Of a stretch of DNA of 64,000 nucleotides, positions 54,059 through 63,218 are shown in pieces; position 1 is the first letter of the stretch; every line of letters starts with the position of its first letter. The DNA is from an uncultured Verrucomicrobiae bacterium. Its GTDB lineage: Bacteria; Verrucomicrobiota; Verrucomicrobiia; Chthoniobacterales; UBA10450. The notes beneath the pieces are model-generated. The model was not told where the DNA came from. It did no database searches and saw nothing but the letters and a program-made list of their open reading frames with translations. A program made the position numbers and the translations under genes. Location of the stretch: positions 640,001 through 704,000 of the forward strand of contig CAWIBO010000005.1 in the NCBI GenBank assembly GCA_963834385.1, read 5' to 3'.

Positions 54059-56611
54059 TCAGCCCGCGGCCGAGGCGGCCGGCGCAGCCGGAGCGGGACG
54101 CCCCTTGCCCCTCATCGCGGCCAGGCCCACCCGCGAAGCGGCCAGGTCCACCAGCTCGGCCACGCGCCGTTTCAAGCGCAGGGCGCGCAGACCGAGAAAA
54201 CCGAAGAAGACGATGGTCGCCACCCAGAAAAACCAGTCGAGATGCGCCGCGCCAAGCTGGCGGTAAACCACCAGGGTGAGGAAAAGAAGCAAAGCCACGA
54301 TCGTGGTCGCCACCGGCCGTGCCCGCAGACTCACCCGGGTCAGGCATTTTGGTCCCCCGTGATATTCGGTCACGCTTTGCAGGGTCACGCTCCACCAAAA
54401 ATTCCCGTAGATTTGCACGTCCCATTCATTCCACCCGGTGTCGGTGGAATAACGCCATCCCTCCTCCTCGAGCTGGCCAATCACGCCGGTGAGAAAATGG
54501 TGCCGGTCGCGTCCCTCCTCGCTCCAGAAATTTCGGCGGCGCGCTCCTCCCCCGGCGCGGGCCCCGGCCGGCAGGGTCTCATGCGTGGCGATGACCTTGC
54601 GCGGGGTGCGCTTGAACTGGAGCCAGGTGAAATAGCGGGCCCATCCGCGCACCACCGGTTGGGCAAAGGCCAGGAACATCACCAGCAGACGCGCGGGGAT
54701 GGTGTCGAAGCGCGGCTCAATCCGCGCCTGCACCATGTAGGAAAGCGCCACGCAGAGGGTCCCTCCCAGCATCAGGTAGGGCACAATGCGCAGGTCGGGC
54801 ACGAAGATGCCGGCCCCGAAAAGAAACACCGTCAGGGCCAGCCATTCCACGCTCCGCAGATACGAGGCCAGCTCGGACTGCGGTGTCGGATAGATCGACT
54901 GGAAAAAGCCTTCGCCGAAAACGCCGTGGTAAATGATCGGGCGCGAAATAAACCAGCTGAATCGCGGGGTGCCGTAAATCTGCCCGCGCCATTTCGCCGT
55001 GCCGGTCGGCCCGAAAAAGACAAGGTGCTTGAAGCGCAGGAGCGATTCCGCCTCGCCGTAGCCTTCCTGCTGTTTCCAAAAGGCGCGGATGGTGAAACGC
55101 CGGTAGTGCCAGACGATCGCGGTGGGGCTGAACGCGATCACGCCTCCCGCCTGCATGATCCGCCAGCAGAAGTCGACGTCGTCCCCCGCCTTGTGATACT
55201 CGGTGTCGAAGCCCCCGACATTTTCAAAGGCCCAGCGATACCAGGCCATGTTGCACCCGGGAATGTGCTCCGCCACGGTGTCGGTCAGGAGCACATGGCT
55301 TGGGCCGCCGGGGGCCGCGGCCACGCAGGCCTGCACCCAGTTTTGCGCGGGCGGGGAAACGTTCGGCCCGCCCACCCCGGCGTAATCGCCGCTGACGAGA
55401 GTGCCGATGAGGTAATACAGCCAGTCAGGGTCGGCCATGCAGTCGGAATCGGTGTAGGCCAGCACCTCGCCCCGCGCCGCCGTCGCGCCGGTGTTGCGCG
55501 CGTGGCTCAGGCCGTGGTTTTCCTGCCGAAGATAACGGACCTCCGGGAACCGCTGCGCAATCTCGGGCGTTTCGTCCTTTGACCCGTCGTCCACCAGGAC
55601 AACCTCGTAGTCGGGATAATTAAGCCGGCCCAATGATTCGAGGCAGGCCGCCAGGGTCTTGGCGCCATTGTAGGAGCAGACGATCACGGAAACCGAGGGC
55701 GTGCGCGGCAGGTTGCGGTGCGGCAGTTCGGCGTCGCTCTGACCGAGTTTGTCGCGCAGGGTGGCAAAGACCTTCTTCGGCTTCCGCTCGCGGGTGACCA
55801 GGCCGAACGCCCAGTCCGTGATCTCCTGCTCGCCGGTATACCATTCGTCGGTCCAGGAAAAGAAAATGGTGCCGGAGAGCCCGCACTTCACCACGCTGTC
55901 GATGTGCCAGCCGAGCATCTCCGCCTGCTCCTCCTCGCTGTGGCGGATGGTGTCCATGCCGAACTCGCCCAGCATCAGCGGGCGTTCCTCCGCCAGGTTC
56001 TGCAGCCGAAGGAGATAGCGCTCGAACTCGTCCTGATTGTGCAGGTAGACGTTGAAGCAAAAGAAATCGACGTTTTGCGGCAGCAAATACTCCGTCGGCG
56101 GAAAACTGGCGTAGGAATAAAGCACCGCCGGATCAGTGGCCCGCGCGGTCCGGATCAACTGTTCAAGAAACTCCGTCACCCGGCGCACTCCCAGCCAGCG
56201 CACCATGCTGCTGGCGATCTCGTTCCCGACGAGGTATCCGAAAATCGCCGGGTGCCCGGCATGGGTGGCGACGCCCTGCCGCACCTCCGCGGCAATCTTC
56301 CGGCGCGCCTCGGCCCGGTTCAAAAATTCAATGTGCTTCGTCCAGGGAAGCGAAATGAGCACCCGCACGCCGTGGGCGGCGCAGCCATCGAGAAACCAGC
56401 GCGGCGGCACATGGTAAATGCGAACGAGGTTGAACCCGGCCTGCCGCATCATGCCGAGATCCCGCTCGAGCTGTTCCGGCGTGCCGACGTAATGACCCTC
56501 CGCGTCCGGCCGGAACGGGCCGTAAGTCACCCCCTTGATGAAGAACTTGCGTTCGCCCTCGAAGAAAAACTTGGCGACCGCGCGAATGCGCTGCTCCGGC
56601 GGTGAACTCAC
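54059..56611 (-). CDS. Fusion of GH-A-like TIM barrel and GT2 with C-terminal membrane region
   Basis: KGVTYGPF, VGNE, LGEFG, WTDEW; VDDGS, YTDSDC, GCNMA, GDDVD. Confidence 0.85.
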   Translation of the reverse strand: MSSPPEQRIRAVAKFFFEGERKFFIKGVTYGPFRPDAEGHYVGTPEQLERDLGMMRQAGFNLVRIYHVPPRWFLDGCAAHGVRVLISLPWTKHIEFLNRAEARRKIAAEVRQGVATHAGHPAIFGYLVGNEIASSMVRWLGVRRVTEFLEQLIRTARATDPAVLYSYASFPPTEYLLPQNVDFFCFNVYLHNQDEFERYLLRLQNLAEERPLMLGEFGMDTIRHSEEEQAEMLGWHIDSVVKCGLSGTIFFSWTDEWYTGEQEITDWAFGLVTRERKPKKVFATLRDKLGQSDAELPHRNLPRTPSVSVIVCSYNGAKTLAACLESLGRLNYPDYEVVLVDDGSKDETPEIAQRFPEVRYLRQENHGLSHARNTGATAARGEVLAYTDSDCMADPDWLYYLIGTLVSGDYAGVGGPNVSPPAQNWVQACVAAAPGGPSHVLLTDTVAEHIPGCNMAWYRWAFENVGGFDTEYHKAGDDVDFCWRIMQAGGVIAFSPTAIVWHYRRFTIRAFWKQQEGYGEAESLLRFKHLVFFGPTGTAKWRGQIYGTPRFSWFISRPIIYHGVFGEGFFQSIYPTPQSELASYLRSVEWLALTVFLFGAGIFVPDLRIVPYLMLGGTLCVALSYMVQARIEPRFDTIPARLLVMFLAFAQPVVRGWARYFTWLQFKRTPRKVIATHETLPAGARAGGGARRRNFWSEEGRDRHHFLTGVIGQLEEEGWRYSTDTGWNEWDVQIYGNFWWSVTLQSVTEYHGGPKCLTRVSLRARPVATTIVALLLFLTLVVYRQLGAAHLDWFFWVATIVFFGFLGLRALRLKRRVAELVDLAASRVGLAAMRGKGRPAPAAPAASAAG

Positions 56612-56664
56612 AGGGGAGTTCCCTAGTCGAACACCGCCGCAGAGGCAAAGTTAATCGGCTCTGC

Positions 56665-57252
56665 TCAGGCCAGGCGGGGCTCCACGATCTTTCGGAGGCG
56701 CATCATGCCCCGGCGGATTCGCGCTTTCACCGTTCCGAGCGGTTCGCGCAGCCTCTCGGCGATCTCGTTTTGGGTCAGACCGCCGAAAAACGCGAGCTCA
56801 ATGGCGCGCCGCTGGTCGTCCGAAAGCTGCATCACCGCGCTCCGGACAATCGCCTGCGTTTCGTGCGAGGCGGCTTCCTCGGCCGAATCGGACTCGGTGG
56901 CATTGTCCCAGGCGGCGGATTCCCGCTCAATATCGTCCTGGAGCCGGTTGCGGCGCTGGACCCGGCGAAGACGATCGATCGCCTTGTTCCGGGTCAGGGT
57001 CATGGCCCAGGTAAGCGGTTTCCCCCGACGAACATCGTAAACGTCCGCTTTCTCCCAGATCTGTGTAAAGACCTCCTGAAGAACGTCTTCCGCGTCGGAA
57101 AGATTGTTCACGATACGGTAGGCAGTGGCTTGGAGAACGCCGGAGAACCGGCGGTAAAGCTCTTCAAGACAGGCGCGTTCACCACGGCCGGTGGCCACGA
57201 GGAGATCAGCGTCAGTCAATTCGGTTAGCGCAGGGAGTGAGTAGGTAGACAT
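56665..57252 (-). CDS. ECF RNA polymerase sigma factor (SigK-like)
   Basis: AEDVLQEVF, RNKAIDRLR, LAFFGGLTQNEIA, LGTVKARIR. Confidence 0.92.
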   Translation of the reverse strand: MSTYSLPALTELTDADLLVATGRGERACLEELYRRFSGVLQATAYRIVNNLSDAEDVLQEVFTQIWEKADVYDVRRGKPLTWAMTLTRNKAIDRLRRVQRRNRLQDDIERESAAWDNATESDSAEEAASHETQAIVRSAVMQLSDDQRRAIELAFFGGLTQNEIAERLREPLGTVKARIRRGMMRLRKIVEPRLA

Positions 57253-57432
57253 ATGATTAACAAGTTATAGACAATACTACGACAATAGTTCGGCAGCAAG
57301 GGTCTTTCCGGTTGCTTCCCCGCAACGTTTTTTCGCAATTTTTCCGCTCCGCGGGCCAGGACCCCGGCTCTGGGCCCGCATTTCCGGCCCTTATTGATTG
57401 CGCTCCGCGGCCCCCTCGGGGAGGTTCCCGCC

Positions 57433-57597
57433 ATGACGCCGGCACAGAAGAAACTCGTTCGTTATGTCTGCCTGGCCGACGCGGTGATTGCCCTGGTGCT
57501 CCTTGGCCTTTCCCTGACCGGTCTCTCGACCCTGCCGATCTGGCTCCCTCTCCTGCTGCTGGTCAGCGCCGGCGGCCTCCTTTGGGCCATCCGTTGA
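57433..57597 (+). CDS. Small two-TM membrane protein, 54 aa
   Basis: GGGGAGG Shine-Dalgarno; MTPAQKKLVRYVCLADAVIALVLLGLSLTGLSTLPIWLPLLLLVSAGGLLWAIR. Confidence 0.65.
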   Translation: MTPAQKKLVRYVCLADAVIALVLLGLSLTGLSTLPIWLPLLLLVSAGGLLWAIR

Positions 57598-57619
57598 AGC
57601 CGGCTCCGTCGCGGCTCCC

Positions 57620-58906
57620 TTAATCCGCCAGCGCCGCCCGGATAACCTCGCCGGTCCGGGCCATTTCCTCCGGTCCGTGCGCGGTGGAGATGAACCCGGT
57701 CTCAAACTGGGACGGCGCGAGGTAAACGCCACCTTCCCGGCACGCATGGAAAAACCGGGCAAACCTCTTCAGATCGGACCGTTTGGCGTCCGCCAGCGAC
57801 CGGATCTCGCCCCCGGCAAAAAAGAGGCAGAACATCGACCCTAGCCGGTGCCATGTCGCCACCGTCCCGGTCTGGCGCAGGGCGTCGCGCATGGTTTCCT
57901 CCAGTTGCGCGCCCGAATCTTCCAGGCTTTTCCAGGCGTCCAGACGCTCCAGCTCGCGCAATTGTGCCAGGCCCGCCGCCAGCGCCAGCGGATTTCCCGA
58001 AAGGGTGCCCGCCTGGTAAACCGGCCCCGCGGGCGACAGTTTGTCCATGATCTCGGCCCGTCCGCCAAATGCTCCGACCGGCAGGCCGCCCCCGATCACT
58101 TTGCCGAGGGCCGTCAGGTCAGGACGAATTCCGTAGATTTCCTGCGCTCCACCTCGCGCGACACGGAACCCCGTCATCACTTCATCGAAGATCAACAGCG
58201 CACCCGCCCGCCGGCATTCCTCCTGAAGGGTGTCGAGGAACTCCGCAGTCGGAAAATAGAGACCGGCATTGGCGGGAACCGGTTCGAGGATGACACCGGC
58301 AACCTCGGCCCCATTGCGCGCAAAGGCTGCTCGCAAGGCGGCCGGGTCGTTAAAGGGGAGTGAAATTGTCAGGTCGGCAAACCCCCGCGGCACACCGGCG
58401 CTGTCCGGTTCCCCATGGGTCAGGGCACCGCTGCCGGCGCTGACCAGGAGGGAATCGACGTGGCCATGATAGCACCCTTCAAACTTGATGATCTTGTCCC
58501 GGCCGGTGAAACCGCGTGCCAGCCGCACGCACGACATGGTCGCCTCGGTGCCGCTGTTCACCATCCGGACCTTCTCGATTGAAGGCACCCACTGGCAGAG
58601 CAGCTCCGCCATCTCCACCTCCGCCGGGTTGGGCGTGCCGAAGCTCAGTCCGCGCGCCGCCGCCTCGGAGACGGCCTCGACCACGACTCTGGGGGCGTGT
58701 CCAAGAATGGCCGGACCCCAGGTGCCGACGTAATCGATGTACTCGTTGCCGTCGGCGTCCCAGATCCGGGCGCCCTCGGCGCGGGTGACGAAAAAAGGTT
58801 CGCCGCCGACGTTGCGGAAAGCGCGCACCGGGGAGTTCACTCCGCCCGGGATGCGCCGGAGCGCGCGTTGGAAGAGATCATGGGAGAGACCGGTCGGCGC
58901 GCTCAC
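57620..58906 (-). CDS. hemL: Glutamate-1-semialdehyde 2,1-aminomutase
   Basis: PGGVNSPVRAF, NSGTEATM, GCYHGH, FDEVMTGFR, GKVIGGGLP, YQAGTLSGNP; start may be 58942. Confidence 0.95.
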   Translation of the reverse strand: MSAPTGLSHDLFQRALRRIPGGVNSPVRAFRNVGGEPFFVTRAEGARIWDADGNEYIDYVGTWGPAILGHAPRVVVEAVSEAAARGLSFGTPNPAEVEMAELLCQWVPSIEKVRMVNSGTEATMSCVRLARGFTGRDKIIKFEGCYHGHVDSLLVSAGSGALTHGEPDSAGVPRGFADLTISLPFNDPAALRAAFARNGAEVAGVILEPVPANAGLYFPTAEFLDTLQEECRRAGALLIFDEVMTGFRVARGGAQEIYGIRPDLTALGKVIGGGLPVGAFGGRAEIMDKLSPAGPVYQAGTLSGNPLALAAGLAQLRELERLDAWKSLEDSGAQLEETMRDALRQTGTVATWHRLGSMFCLFFAGGEIRSLADAKRSDLKRFARFFHACREGGVYLAPSQFETGFISTAHGPEEMARTGEVIRAALAD

Positions 58907-59001
58907 ATGGAGTCCATAACGCGAAACTCCTCGCACTGCCACCGAGGGAAAGGTCGGGTAAGCTTCTCAAATGCGTTTGTTGTCCCGCTGAGCGGGGTTG
59001 A

Positions 59002-59031
59002 TTGACAGTGCTTCCTCTCCCCCCTTACTGT
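59002..59031 (+). promoter_or_regulatory. Sigma70-like promoter of tRNA-Cys
   Basis: TTGACA-N18-TACTGT, 12 nt before the tRNA. Confidence 0.7.
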
Positions 59032-59043
59032 GCGCCTGCCTTC

Positions 59044-59115
59044 GGCGGGGTAGCCAAGTGGTAAGGTCGCGGTCTGCAAAACCGCTATTCGCGGGTTCGA
59101 TTCCCGCCCCCGCCT
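59044..59115 (+). tRNA. tRNA-Cys(GCA), CCA not encoded
   Basis: Acceptor GGCGGGG/CCCCGCC, discriminator U, GCGGT-CTGCAAA-ACCGC anticodon arm, GCGGG-TTCGATT-CCCGC T-arm. Confidence 0.96.
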
Positions 59116-59712
59116 CTTCATCACCCGCGGTTCTTTCATGACAACGGGGTCTTCGTTCCACGGGCTGGTTCGATTGATGAGTCCGCCTCCCGGCGGCCTC
59201 ACCCCGGTCGGGGCTTCGTCAAACAAGCTCGCCTCCCGGCGGCTTGTTTCCCGCCCCCGCCTCTTCATCACCCGCGGTTCTTTCATGACAACGGGGTCTT
59301 GGTTCCACGGGCTGGTTCGATTGATGAGTCCGCCTCCCGGCGGCCTCACCCCGGTCGGGGCTTCGTCAAACAAGCTCGCCTCCCGGCGGCTTGTTTCCCG
59401 CCCCCGCCTCTTCATCACCCGCGGTTCTTTCATGACAACGGGGTCTTCGTTCCACGGGCTGGTTCGATTGATGAGTCCGCCTCCCGGCGGCCTCACCCCG
59501 GTCGGGGCTTCGTCAAACAAGCTCGCCTCCCGGCGGCTTGTTTCCCGCCCCCGCTTCATCACGGGTTCTTTCATGACAACGGGGCTCGTTCCACGGGCGG
59601 TTCAATTGATGAGTCCTCCGCGGCCTCACCGGTCGGGGCTTCGTCAAACAAGCTCGCCTCCCGCGGCTTGTTCCCGGCCTCTTCTTCATCCGCGGCCCTT
59701 TCGTGACAACCG
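59101..59712. repeat. tRNA-linked 147-bp tandem array: 3 near-identical units, 1 degenerate unit, 1 partial unit
   Basis: Units start at 59101, 59248, 59395, 59542 and ~59671, each beginning with the tRNA-Cys 3' end TTCCCGCCCCCGCCT (degenerate in units 4-5); units 1-3 differ only at 59301 (C>G). Confidence 0.95.
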
Positions 59713-59721
59713 GCGCCGAAA

Positions 59722-60141
59722 TCACTTCTCAAGGATCCAGCCGCCGGCGACGCGGCGCCGGACCGTGGTGTATCCTTTCGAACCCGGTTCGGGCCCGGGA
59801 TGCACTTTGATGGTGAGACGGCCGGTGGCCCGGTCGAGGAAAAATTCCTTGGCCGGCCAGGTGCCATCGCCGGGAACGAAGAGGTAGTCCGGGCTTTTGC
59901 CACGGTTTTCCGGGAGACGCCGGGCATGTCGCACGGATACGGAAAAGCTCTCCACTGTTTCCTCGTGAAACTCGTAGGCGGGCAGAGCAAGAATGTACTC
60001 CTCGATTGAGGCCGATGCGGACCATTCCTCCCGCGGCGTTTCTTGGTTCGTGATCTCCCGGCTTCGGTCGCCAGCGCAAGCGACCAGCAAACTGGCGAAC
60101 AGGCCACCGACAAGCAGCCGCAGAGCGTTTCCGGCGGTCAC
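59722..60141 (-). CDS. Hypothetical lipoprotein
   Basis: Hydrophobic leader ending LLVA-C; start overlaps the upstream stop (GTGA). Confidence 0.65.
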   Translation of the reverse strand: MTAGNALRLLVGGLFASLLVACAGDRSREITNQETPREEWSASASIEEYILALPAYEFHEETVESFSVSVRHARRLPENRGKSPDYLFVPGDGTWPAKEFFLDRATGRLTIKVHPGPEPGSKGYTTVRRRVAGGWILEK

Positions 60142-63100
60142 GGATTCGATGACTCGATGATATAGAAGCGCTGGGTCGCGGCGGCGGCGTCGAGGTGCGA
60201 CAACACATCCGCGCCGCTTGGGGCCATCACCAGGCCGCCCGGGAGATTCTGCCAGGAATCGCTCAGCGCATTACGATACCTGATCTGATAAGAGCGCCCG
60301 GGCACCGCCGGCCAGCTCACAAGGAAACCGCTTCCCCCGCTTTGGGGAGCGAGCGAGGCGCGAAAAGCGAGCGCGGGATCGAGTCGGTCGAACCGGCCGT
60401 CGCTGTTCTCGTCACGGATCGCCGCCACCGGGACGGCGAGGAATTCGTTCGGCTCGATGTTGCCATTGCCATCCGTGGTGGGCGCCTGTGCCGCGAGCGC
60501 ACCGCCGTTCGCCGTCCCGTAGGCCGCCGAGGCGAGGTAAATCATCGGTGGGACGCTCCCAAACGCGGCCTCCAAATCGATGACGCCTTCGAGCTGCCCG
60601 CCATTCCCTGCCGCCTTGAAGAGCACGGCGGTCGCGGGCGCGTTGGTCCAACCGGCATAACCGCTCATGCTTTCACCGGCGAGAAACGGTTTGCCTGCCG
60701 CCACCGAAACCGTTCCGGCCTTGGCCCACGGCGCCGCTCCGCTCGCCGCGGGAAGGAGAACGTCTGCGACAAACAAAAAGTGATCATTGGAGCCGCCGCT
60801 GTTCCCCGGTGACCAGGTGGAGAGGTAGAGTTTTGTTCCCCGCACCGCTGCATAAATGGTCATGCCGGGCGACGAGAGCAGAAAACCGGGGCTGTCAGGC
60901 TGACCATCCATGACGAAGCCACCACCGGCGGAAGGCGTTGGGCTCGGGGTGGCCGTGGGCGTAGGTGTCGGGGTGGGCGTGGTTCCGGGCGTGCCGTCGT
61001 CCCCCACCCAGACGTGCTGGATGTCGGTGCGGGTGCTGTTCCCCTTCGCGTCCGCCGCTTCTATATAGTAGTCGAGCAGTTTATTCCGGTAGCCGGTCAC
61101 CCGGGCCCAGTAATGATCGGCGATGTGCGAGGGCAGCTCGAAAAAGTTGACCTGCGGATTGTTGGTCACGTTCCCGGTCGGTACCGCCCTTTTCGTCATG
61201 GGCAGGGCAACCCAGGGGCCGACGGTCGCTCCGCCGGCATAGGTTTCGTTCTCGTTGTTTGAAAGCGGATTGGTCCCGGTCAGCGATTCGCGCACATAAA
61301 GAGTCGGGGTTTGCGGGATCCCGCTGACGTCGAAGGCGAGCGTCCAGATGTGGAAATCGGAGGCGTAGGGCGCCTTGCCGTTGAACCCGATCTCGCGATA
61401 GCCGGTGAGAGGTCCCCATCCCATGCCGCCCGGGTTCCAGGGAAAGCGCTGCGGCTTGAAGATGGTGGGCGGCGTCTGGTCCTGCGCGCCGTTGCCCACG
61501 ACCTGGGTGGCATGGCTGATCGCGCGGTTGGTCGCGAGCGCCTGCTTCTGTTCGTCATCCAGCGAGGTGCCGTAATACATGAAGCCGCTGTCGAGTCCGC
61601 CGAGGAAGTAATGCCAGGCCTGCTCGGCCGCGTTGGGCTGGTTGTTGGTCCCGTTCGGCTGGGTCGGCTCCTGGATCTTCCAGGTCGCCACGCTGCCGCC
61701 GTTGCCGATGGTGATCTGCTCGGCGGTCTCGCAAAAGTTCGCCCCGGCCATGAGCACCGCCCAGTTGCGCCAGTCTTCCGTCCAGCCGGGCGTCTCGAGA
61801 TCAAACCAGGTGCGCGGATCAGTGGAAACATAGGCCGGATCACTTGGGGCCCGGGTCGGCGGGTAAAGCCAGTTGATGAACTGCGGATGGCCCCAGTCAT
61901 TCGCGGCATTGAACCAGGCGCCATCCTCGACGTGAACGACGTCGTTCTCCGGCACCGGGTGTTCCGCGAGATACTGCTGGATGGTGGTCGGACGATACCC
62001 TTGGCCAGCGGCAGCATTGGCAAAGTTGGGAACTGATTCCTGATAATAGCTGTTGCCGCCGCCCCAGGCATTGTCGCCGTCGTGCGCCATCAGGACGAGC
62101 GAGGGCCGGGCCGGATCGTTAAACGGGGCGATGTGGGCGTCGATATCCCCGGTGCCCATGGTGCCGAAACCATTCTGGTAACTGAGCAGGTCGCACATCG
62201 GCACCACGGTGATCTTTGTTTCGGCCCCGGTGGCCGGGTCGACGTACTTTGCCTTGTGCGGCTGATAGGCGAAGGGCGCCGGAAAAGCTCCGCCCCGGCC
62301 GTCGAGCGTGCCGTTCCACCACTGCGAAGCCGGGACGACCGGTCCGATGGCGTCGGCCTTGTTCGGCGGATCGATGTTCCAGCCGCTGTTTCCTTTCTGC
62401 GCCACCTCGAGATAATTGGCACAGGTCCGGGCCAGATGGCTGTTGGCGATGATGGCCCAATCGTAGCCCTCGCTCACCAGCACCGGGATCATGGTCTCGG
62501 AGAACGCCGCCTCGATCGGCCAATACCCGCGGGAATGATCACTCTTATCGGGGTTCCCGTTCCACGTCTTCCACCAGATCTCGCGGAAAATCTGGATCTC
62601 CTTTCGCAGGACGCTCCTCGGCAGAAGCGGCGAGAAGGAATGGTGATAGTTGATTCCGGTCATGTCGGCCTTCGGCTTGCCTCCGCTGGTCAGCCAGCCC
62701 CGCGCCGTCCGGTAGCCGTCCGCCCATCCCGGGTGATAACCGATGCGGGAGGCCCGGCCGAAACTTCCGATGTTCTCAATCAGGGCGCCGGAATAGCTGA
62801 CGGAAGCGCCGCCATCGGGATGTCCCCCAAGCGTGGCGATGGAATCTTTGCCGCCATGTTGATAGGCGATCACGCGGTCAGCCTTGGTGAACACCTCGTC
62901 GAACTCACCCGGTTCACCGGCGAGGGCGTTGCGCGGATGATTATAAGGGTCGCCGGGATAATACTGGCCTCCCGGCGAATTCTTCAGGTCCACCGACTCC
63001 GCGCCGAACTGGTAGCGATTCAGCCACGGCACCTTTTCCGGCCAGTAGATCGGCTGGTGCAGGTGCCAGTGGTAGGTGATGTGCACATTGCTGGAGGCGC

Positions 63101-63218
63101 AGACCGAAAACGCCGGGATGGCGACCAGGAAAGTCAGGAGGCGGGGGAACACGAAGGCGCGAGATTCGCGAAACCACCGGCGAAAGCGAGCAAAAAGCCC
63201 GCACCGATCACCAATCAC
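60138..63218 (-). CDS. Large exported glycoside hydrolase (GH57-like) with PT linker and extra C-terminal domains
   Basis: HWHLHQP, SYSGAL, GYWPIE, AHDGDN, TTIQQYL; TPTPTP linker; exact start uncertain. Confidence 0.7.
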   Translation of the reverse strand: MIGDRCGLFARFRRWFRESRAFVFPRLLTFLVAIPAFSVCASSNVHITYHWHLHQPIYWPEKVPWLNRYQFGAESVDLKNSPGGQYYPGDPYNHPRNALAGEPGEFDEVFTKADRVIAYQHGGKDSIATLGGHPDGGASVSYSGALIENIGSFGRASRIGYHPGWADGYRTARGWLTSGGKPKADMTGINYHHSFSPLLPRSVLRKEIQIFREIWWKTWNGNPDKSDHSRGYWPIEAAFSETMIPVLVSEGYDWAIIANSHLARTCANYLEVAQKGNSGWNIDPPNKADAIGPVVPASQWWNGTLDGRGGAFPAPFAYQPHKAKYVDPATGAETKITVVPMCDLLSYQNGFGTMGTGDIDAHIAPFNDPARPSLVLMAHDGDNAWGGGNSYYQESVPNFANAAAGQGYRPTTIQQYLAEHPVPENDVVHVEDGAWFNAANDWGHPQFINWLYPPTRAPSDPAYVSTDPRTWFDLETPGWTEDWRNWAVLMAGANFCETAEQITIGNGGSVATWKIQEPTQPNGTNNQPNAAEQAWHYFLGGLDSGFMYYGTSLDDEQKQALATNRAISHATQVVGNGAQDQTPPTIFKPQRFPWNPGGMGWGPLTGYREIGFNGKAPYASDFHIWTLAFDVSGIPQTPTLYVRESLTGTNPLSNNENETYAGGATVGPWVALPMTKRAVPTGNVTNNPQVNFFELPSHIADHYWARVTGYRNKLLDYYIEAADAKGNSTRTDIQHVWVGDDGTPGTTPTPTPTPTATPSPTPSAGGGFVMDGQPDSPGFLLSSPGMTIYAAVRGTKLYLSTWSPGNSGGSNDHFLFVADVLLPAASGAAPWAKAGTVSVAAGKPFLAGESMSGYAGWTNAPATAVLFKAAGNGGQLEGVIDLEAAFGSVPPMIYLASAAYGTANGGALAAQAPTTDGNGNIEPNEFLAVPVAAIRDENSDGRFDRLDPALAFRASLAPQSGGSGFLVSWPAVPGRSYQIRYRNALSDSWQNLPGGLVMAPSGADVLSHLDAAAATQRFYIIESSNP

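Noticed and set aside
59174..59230. Hammerhead ribozyme (TTGATGAGTCC resembles CUGAUGAGUCC)
   Set aside because: The core C is replaced by U and no GAAA follows stem II.
59101..59712. CRISPR array
   Set aside because: Whole 147-bp units repeat with no unique spacers, and no cas genes were recognised.
58903..59887. Repeat-protein ORFs of 223 aa (-) and 249 aa (+)
   Set aside because: They arise because 147 is divisible by 3; one overlaps the tRNA antisense and neither has protein-like composition.
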